Source: Candidatus Nomurabacteria bacterium
GTDB taxonomy: Bacteria > Patescibacteriota > Minisyncoccia > Phycocordibacterales > UBA9973
NCBI GenBank assembly: GCA_026396015.1
Contig: JAPLXP010000003.1
Location: 176,974-240,973, forward strand
Length of the DNA stretch: 64,000 nucleotides
Reading direction: 5' to 3'
Below, piece after piece: positions 58,722-64,000 of the stretch. Position 1 is the stretch's first letter, and each line of letters begins with the position of its first letter. The position numbers and the translations under genes were made by a program. The notes beneath the pieces were generated by a model. It made no database searches and was not told where the DNA came from. It saw nothing but the letters and a program-made list of their open reading frames with translations.

Positions 58722-61193
58722 ATGAGTATTATACAGAGTATATTTGGGGATGAGAGTAGCGCCTTTGTAAAGAAGGCTAAAAAGACTGTTTCTGTTATCA
58801 ACTCCCTAGAAGAAAAAATCAAAAATTTAAAAGATGAAGAATTCAAAGATAAGACTATTGAGTTGAGAAGTCGCCTCCAGAAGGGTGAATCACTTGATGA
58901 TGTATTACCCGAAGCTTTTGCAGTGGTTCGTGAGGTTGCCTACCGTACAAAAGGTGAGCGTCACTATGATGTGCAGATGATCGGTGGATGTGCATTGCAA
59001 GCTGGAAATATTGCCGAGATGCGTACAGGTGAAGGTAAAACTTTGACTGCTACAACTCCCGCATATCTGAATGCACTTTCAAGTGAAGGTGTACATATCA
59101 TAACAGTGAATGATTATCTTTCTCGTCGTGATGCTGTGTGGATGGGTCCAATATTTTCTATGCTCGGCATGACTGTGGGTGTTGTGAATTCTCAGAACAC
59201 ATCATACATATACGATTCATCCCATATCGATAAAGTATCTGATTCAGAGAGTGATGCAGGATCATTTAAAGTTGAGTACGAATGTCTTCGTCCTTGCAGT
59301 AGAAAGGAAGCCTACGCCGCTGATATCACATACGGTACGAACAATGAATTCGGTTTCGATTTCCTTCGCGACAATTTAGCTCAACATGTAGACAATCTAG
59401 TTCAAAGGGGTCATCACTATGCTATCGTCGATGAGGTGGACTCTATCTTGATAGATGAATCACGTACTCCACTGATCATATCATCACCAGCAGAAGATTC
59501 AGAAGATCTTTATTATACTTTTGCTGATATTTCAAAACAATTAAAAAAAGAAGATGATTATACTGTGGACGAAAAACTCCGCGCGATATCTCTGACTGAT
59601 GCAGGTATTACTAATGCAGAAAATCTTTTAGGTATTTCTGATATTTATACAGAGAAGGGTATCAAGTATGTTCATCATCTAGAGACTGCAGTACGTGCAC
59701 GTGCATTATTTGAGAACAATAAAGACTACGTAGTAAAAGAAGGTGAGGTAATCATCGTTGATGCATTTACTGGACGTCTGCAGCCGGGCCGCCGATGGAG
59801 TGAAGGGTTGCATCAGGCTATCGAGGCAAAGGAAGGTGTAAAAATAGAAAAGGAGACTCGAGCAGTCGCTTCTATTACATTCCAAAACTATTTCCGTTTT
59901 TACAAGAAACTATCAGGTATGACTGGTACTGCTGATACATCAAAAGAAGAATTCCAAAAAGTTTACGGTATCGATGTTATTGTTGTACCTACACATAGAG
60001 ATGTAGCTCGTCTTGATAAACAAGATCTGATATATCAGACTGAAGAGGGTAAATATAAAGCTATTGTATCTAAAGTAAAAGAACTTCAGATCAAGGGTCA
60101 GCCAGTATTGATTGGTACTGTGTCTATCGAAAAGAACGAAGTACTATCTGCTTATCTAAAACAAGCCGGAGTGATTCATACAATCCTAAATGCCAAGAAC
60201 CATGAACACGAAGGTGAGATCATCGCCAACGCCGGTAGATATGGTGCGGTTACTGTAGCCACAAACATGGCAGGACGTGGAGTTGATATCAAGCTAGGAG
60301 GTGTACCTTACTCAAAAGAATCTTATGACAAGGTCCGTGATCTAGGTGGACTATTCGTTTTAGGTACTGAAAGACATGAAGCTCGTCGCATCGACAACCA
60401 GCTACGTGGACGATCTGGTCGTCAGGGTGACCCAGGTGAGACTCAATTCTACGTATCACTCGAAGACGACCTAATGCGTATCTTCGGTGGGGATCGCGTA
60501 AAGGCTATGATGGGAAGACTAGGAGTAGAGGAAGATCAGCCTATTCAGAACAGTATCATATCAAAAACACTTGAGAATGCTCAGGCTAAAATTGAAGGTT
60601 TCCATTTTGACTCTCGAAAACATACTCTAGAATACGATGATCTGATGAACCACCAGAGAAGTGTCGTATATGGACGCCGCAGAACTATGCTCACTGGTAA
60701 GACTGAAGATATTCAGATTTTCCTTGATGGAATAGTAGCTGAATACCCAGAATTGGCTGATGTTATAGTAGAAAAGAAGGCCAAGTCAGGTGAAGGTCCA
60801 TTTTATGAGACTATCCGCCGAATCGCATTATATACTACAGACAATCTATGGGTTGAACATCTAGAATCTATGGATCATACTCGATCTTCAGTAAACCTAC
60901 GTGCCTATGGCCAGAGAGATCCACTCATTGAATACAAGAAAGAGGGTCTGCGAATGTTTAAAGAAATGGAGGCAATGTTCAAAGAGCAAATTGCATCATT
61001 TGTCCGCACATTGAACATCACTGAGAACAATGGTGGTATCCAAGAAGTACCATCAACACCGACAATCATACTCTCAACTGACGATCAGAGTGGTTCTGTA
61101 CCGTCTATATCAGGGGATAAAGTAGGCCGCAATGATCTATGTCCATGTGGCTCTGGCAAGAAATATAAGAAGTGTCATGGTCAAGAAAAATAG
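58722..61193 (+). CDS. secA: Preprotein translocase SecA
   Basis: EMRTGEGKT, VDEVDSILIDE, ATNMAGRG, QLRGRSGRQGDPG, SEC-C GRNDLCPCGSGKKYKKCHG. Confidence 0.97.
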   Translation: MSIIQSIFGDESSAFVKKAKKTVSVINSLEEKIKNLKDEEFKDKTIELRSRLQKGESLDDVLPEAFAVVREVAYRTKGERHYDVQMIGGCALQAGNIAEMRTGEGKTLTATTPAYLNALSSEGVHIITVNDYLSRRDAVWMGPIFSMLGMTVGVVNSQNTSYIYDSSHIDKVSDSESDAGSFKVEYECLRPCSRKEAYAADITYGTNNEFGFDFLRDNLAQHVDNLVQRGHHYAIVDEVDSILIDESRTPLIISSPAEDSEDLYYTFADISKQLKKEDDYTVDEKLRAISLTDAGITNAENLLGISDIYTEKGIKYVHHLETAVRARALFENNKDYVVKEGEVIIVDAFTGRLQPGRRWSEGLHQAIEAKEGVKIEKETRAVASITFQNYFRFYKKLSGMTGTADTSKEEFQKVYGIDVIVVPTHRDVARLDKQDLIYQTEEGKYKAIVSKVKELQIKGQPVLIGTVSIEKNEVLSAYLKQAGVIHTILNAKNHEHEGEIIANAGRYGAVTVATNMAGRGVDIKLGGVPYSKESYDKVRDLGGLFVLGTERHEARRIDNQLRGRSGRQGDPGETQFYVSLEDDLMRIFGGDRVKAMMGRLGVEEDQPIQNSIISKTLENAQAKIEGFHFDSRKHTLEYDDLMNHQRSVVYGRRRTMLTGKTEDIQIFLDGIVAEYPELADVIVEKKAKSGEGPFYETIRRIALYTTDNLWVEHLESMDHTRSSVNLRAYGQRDPLIEYKKEGLRMFKEMEAMFKEQIASFVRTLNITENNGGIQEVPSTPTIILSTDDQSGSVPSISGDKVGRNDLCPCGSGKKYKKCHGQEK

Positions 61194-61526
61194 CTAATTT
61201 CGTTGGTAAATAAGGGTTTTTATAGGACAAAGTCGTAAATGTGTCAAAAAACGGCTAAAACCTTTACAAAATAGGCATTATTTCACAATTAAATACCCTA
61301 GTATGTCAAGTACTATTGAACAAAAAACCCTTATTTTATAAGGGTTTTTTGTATTTGACACATAGAAAAACAGTGGCATAACCATTGACTTTTGTAGCTC
61401 AATATGCTATTATATATCAAGTCCCAAGTATGTTATGTTCAATCGTAATATATATGGGTTTTTTATTTTGAGCTACGGTTCAAGATATACACAGACACAT
61501 GTTTGGCGGAGCACAACCGCTACATT

Positions 61527-62114
61527 ATGAAAAACAAAAAAATTATACAGTTTCTACAGTCTTTTGTGGCTATACCATTGTTTGCCACAACACTCCCATT
61601 TGCTGGAGTGACTGCTATTCAAAGCCAGGCTGTAGCGATTAGTCAAGAACCAACACAAATCACAAGCTCACTGTTAACCCCAGAAGAAGCCAAGATTCGT
61701 GCAGAGCATATCAAAGACGTCAATGACTTCTTTGAATCAAGAAATGCTCCGCTTGCTGGATACGGAGAAAAGTTCGTAGACGAGGCAGCTAAAAATGATA
61801 TTGATTGGAGACTTCTACCTGCTATTGCCACACGTGAATCAAACGCTGGTAAAGACGCTTGTAAGAGTTCAAAAGCCCCAAACAATAACTTCGGTTGGTT
61901 TTCATGTAAACGTGGCTTCTCTTCTGTTGATGAGTCTATCGAATATATCTCAAAGACACTAGGAGGAAACAATGAAAAGGCTCCGCACTATACGGACGAC
62001 ATGAATACTACTCAAATTTTAAAACGTTATAATCCAGATTCTATTGTTCCTGGATACTCAAAACAAGTCATCAGAATTATGAAAGTAATTAATTCGGATG
62101 AAGATATTATATAA
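61527..62114 (+). CDS. Secreted lysozyme-like fold protein (putative peptidoglycan hydrolase)
   Basis: Signal peptide; APLAGY...AAKNDIDWRLLPAIATRESNAGK...NNNFGW...RYNP. Confidence 0.65.
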   Translation: MKNKKIIQFLQSFVAIPLFATTLPFAGVTAIQSQAVAISQEPTQITSSLLTPEEAKIRAEHIKDVNDFFESRNAPLAGYGEKFVDEAAKNDIDWRLLPAIATRESNAGKDACKSSKAPNNNFGWFSCKRGFSSVDESIEYISKTLGGNNEKAPHYTDDMNTTQILKRYNPDSIVPGYSKQVIRIMKVINSDEDII

Positions 62115-62128
62115 GCTCTATCAGTTTT

Positions 62129-62165
62129 AAAATAACACCCACGACGGTATCGTGGGTGTTATTTT
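62129..62165. terminator. Bidirectional terminator
   Basis: AAAATAACACCCACGA-cggta-TCGTGGGTGTTATTTT. Confidence 0.8.
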
Positions 62166-62166
62166 T

Positions 62167-64000
62167 TTATATTCTCTTCATTTTTTCAATAACTAGACTC
62201 TTTTCACCATTCCTCTCGCTGACTTTTGCATTGATGGCTATGATATTGTTTTCAATTAGTATATCTTTTGACCCTTCAAATAATTTCGGGAATACAACTG
62301 CCTCCATGGTGCCTGTATAGTCTGATATCGCGATGAATGCCATACGATCCCCCTTTTTAGTGTTGACTATTCTGATTGTGTCGATGATTGCCGCTACGAC
62401 TACTGGTTTTTCTTTTTCTACGTTTGCTCGTATCTCTGATATTACAGTTCCAAATTTTTCAATCTTTTCCTTATATATATCTAATGGATGACCCGAGATA
62501 TATAATCCGAGTAATTCTTTTTCCCAAGATAATTTTTCTGTTTGAGTTGCTTCTGTTTGAGATACTAATTTTAATTGTGCTTTGATTCCACCAATAGCTC
62601 CAAAGAGCGATTCTTGTGCTCCACTACCTTTGGATTCTTTATTAAATTCTATTAGTAATTCAAGATTGCCGATAATCATATTTCTTTCTGATAAATCATC
62701 CATAGCACCTGATTTAGTGAGGGCTTCTACTGATTTTTTATTAAGATTTTTATGGTTGATTCGCTCAAAGAAATTTTCTAGTGTTGTAAACTTTCCGCCA
62801 CGTTTTCTCTCTTCAATGATTGCATTGGCTATGTCCGTGCCTAGATTTTTAATTGTGTAGAGTCCGAATCGTATGGTACGATCTTTTTCATTGTTGCTAC
62901 CTACAATCACCGTGAACCCTCCGAAGCTTTCATTGACATTTGGTGGTAGGACTTTGATTCCCATCTTTTCACATTCACCGACTATTTCAGCAATTTTTTC
63001 TACATCTCCAGATTCAGCTGTCAGAATAGCTGTCATGTATTCAACGGGGTAGTTGGCTTTCATGTATGCAGTCTGGTAGGATACACGACCGTAGCTTGCA
63101 GCATGTGCCTTGTTGAATCCATAGGCGGCAAATGGCTCGATGAGTTCCCAGAGCTTCTTGGCTTTTTGAGGAGTGAGGCCATGCTCGATGAATCCTTCAT
63201 TGAGGTGCTTCTTTTGGGCCTCCATTTCTGCTGGAATTTTCTTGCCCATGGCCTTGCGGAGCTTGTCTGCCTCGAGCCACGAGTATCCTGCGAGCTTGAT
63301 CGCAATCATCATAACGTCATCTTGATATGTGATAACTCCAAAGGATTGGTCTAGGATTTCTTCCATTCTTGGATCGAGGTATTTGACCTTGGAATTGTCG
63401 TGTTTACGCTCAATGTATTCTGGTATCATTTCCATTGGTCCGGGGCGGTATAGGGCCACCATGGCGTTTATATCATGTATTGTAGACGGCATTAGCTCCT
63501 TCAAATACCTAGTCATTCCAGATCCATTTAATTGGAAAAGACCCATAGTCTCTCCACGGGTAAGCATAGCAAAAGTCTTCTTGTCTTCTAGGTCTATTTT
63601 GTCGATATTTATGTCTATATCATGGATTTGTTTTACGAGCCGGACCGCGTCTGCGAGTATGGCCAAATTGCGAATACCCAGGAAATCAAACTTTGGAAGA
63701 CCAGCATCTTCGATACTATACATGTCGTATTGAGTGATCACATCACCACCTTTTGGGTCGTATTGAACAGGAGTAAAGTCTGATAGTGGGCGAGGGGCGA
63801 TCACGACACCAGCAGCATGGACCGAGATATGTCGAACACAACCCTCCATCTTGCGAGCGAGGTCTATGATCTCTTTTGTTTCAGCTTCATTTTTATATGC
63901 GGCTGCTAGTTCTGGTACTATCTCCATGGCATGATCGATAGTCATAGCTGTGCCTTGGGATCCGAGAGGTATCATGCTGGATAATCGGTCTCCAATAGAG
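62167..64000 (-). CDS. dnaE: DNA polymerase III alpha subunit (5' part outside window)
   Basis: HAAGVVI, KFDFLG, ALYRPGP, YQDDVM, YGFNKAH, EKELLGLYISGHP, OB fold. Confidence 0.96.
   Translation of the reverse strand, partial: SIGDRLSSMIPLGSQGTAMTIDHAMEIVPELAAAYKNEAETKEIIDLARKMEGCVRHISVHAAGVVIAPRPLSDFTPVQYDPKGGDVITQYDMYSIEDAGLPKFDFLGIRNLAILADAVRLVKQIHDIDINIDKIDLEDKKTFAMLTRGETMGLFQLNGSGMTRYLKELMPSTIHDINAMVALYRPGPMEMIPEYIERKHDNSKVKYLDPRMEEILDQSFGVITYQDDVMMIAIKLAGYSWLEADKLRKAMGKKIPAEMEAQKKHLNEGFIEHGLTPQKAKKLWELIEPFAAYGFNKAHAASYGRVSYQTAYMKANYPVEYMTAILTAESGDVEKIAEIVGECEKMGIKVLPPNVNESFGGFTVIVGSNNEKDRTIRFGLYTIKNLGTDIANAIIEERKRGGKFTTLENFFERINHKNLNKKSVEALTKSGAMDDLSERNMIIGNLELLIEFNKESKGSGAQESLFGAIGGIKAQLKLVSQTEATQTEKLSWEKELLGLYISGHPLDIYKEKIEKFGTVISEIRANVEKEKPVVVAAIIDTIRIVNTKKGDRMAFIAISDYTGTMEAVVFPKLFEGSKDILIENNIIAINAKVSERNGEKSLVIEKMKRI

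Noticed and set aside
63060-63420. Apparently GC-richer patch inside dnaE
   Set aside because: Coincides with the most conserved polymerase motifs; cannot be distinguished from normal variation without computation

Overview
A 64-kb, AT-rich chromosomal segment of a Patescibacteria (CPR) bacterium, most likely Parcubacteria. The assignment rests on the 16S signature variants (GTGCCAGCAGGAGCGGTAA at the 515F site, ACACCTACGGGTGGCTGCAG at the 338F site), a short IF-2, an unlinked 16S gene and the gene content. Most of the window is housekeeping (recO, glyQS, metG, tatD, rpsF-ssb-rpsR, rnj, secG, rbfA, infB, iscS-like, clpB, parB, rel, topA, dprA, serS, dus, dnaX, rmuC, obgE, secA, partial dnaE), plus 5 tRNAs and one 16S gene. 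The unusual signal is mostly non-coding. (1) The 16S 3' tail has no anti-Shine-Dalgarno, and over a dozen genes have a -10 box 6-9 nt before ATG, suggesting leaderless mRNAs. (2) At 57.7-58.65 kb two candidate small RNAs are complementary in a circularly permuted geometry, next to an unannotated 35-aa Lys-rich peptide whose leader begins with the same sequence. (3) Two different tRNAs carry the same trailer architecture: an inverted copy of their own 3' end interrupted by conserved hairpins. tRNA-Lys also has 74-bp upstream repeats that start like its 5' end. (4) Two tandem SF2 helicases with 4x C-terminal repeats are each followed by the same structured element with compensatory changes. (5) Several palindromic repeat families occur, some in-frame in tatD, iscS (twice) and dus, and one inside 16S. 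(6) One protein carries a T9SS-type C-terminal sorting domain. All calls come from reading the sequence by eye; no searches were run.
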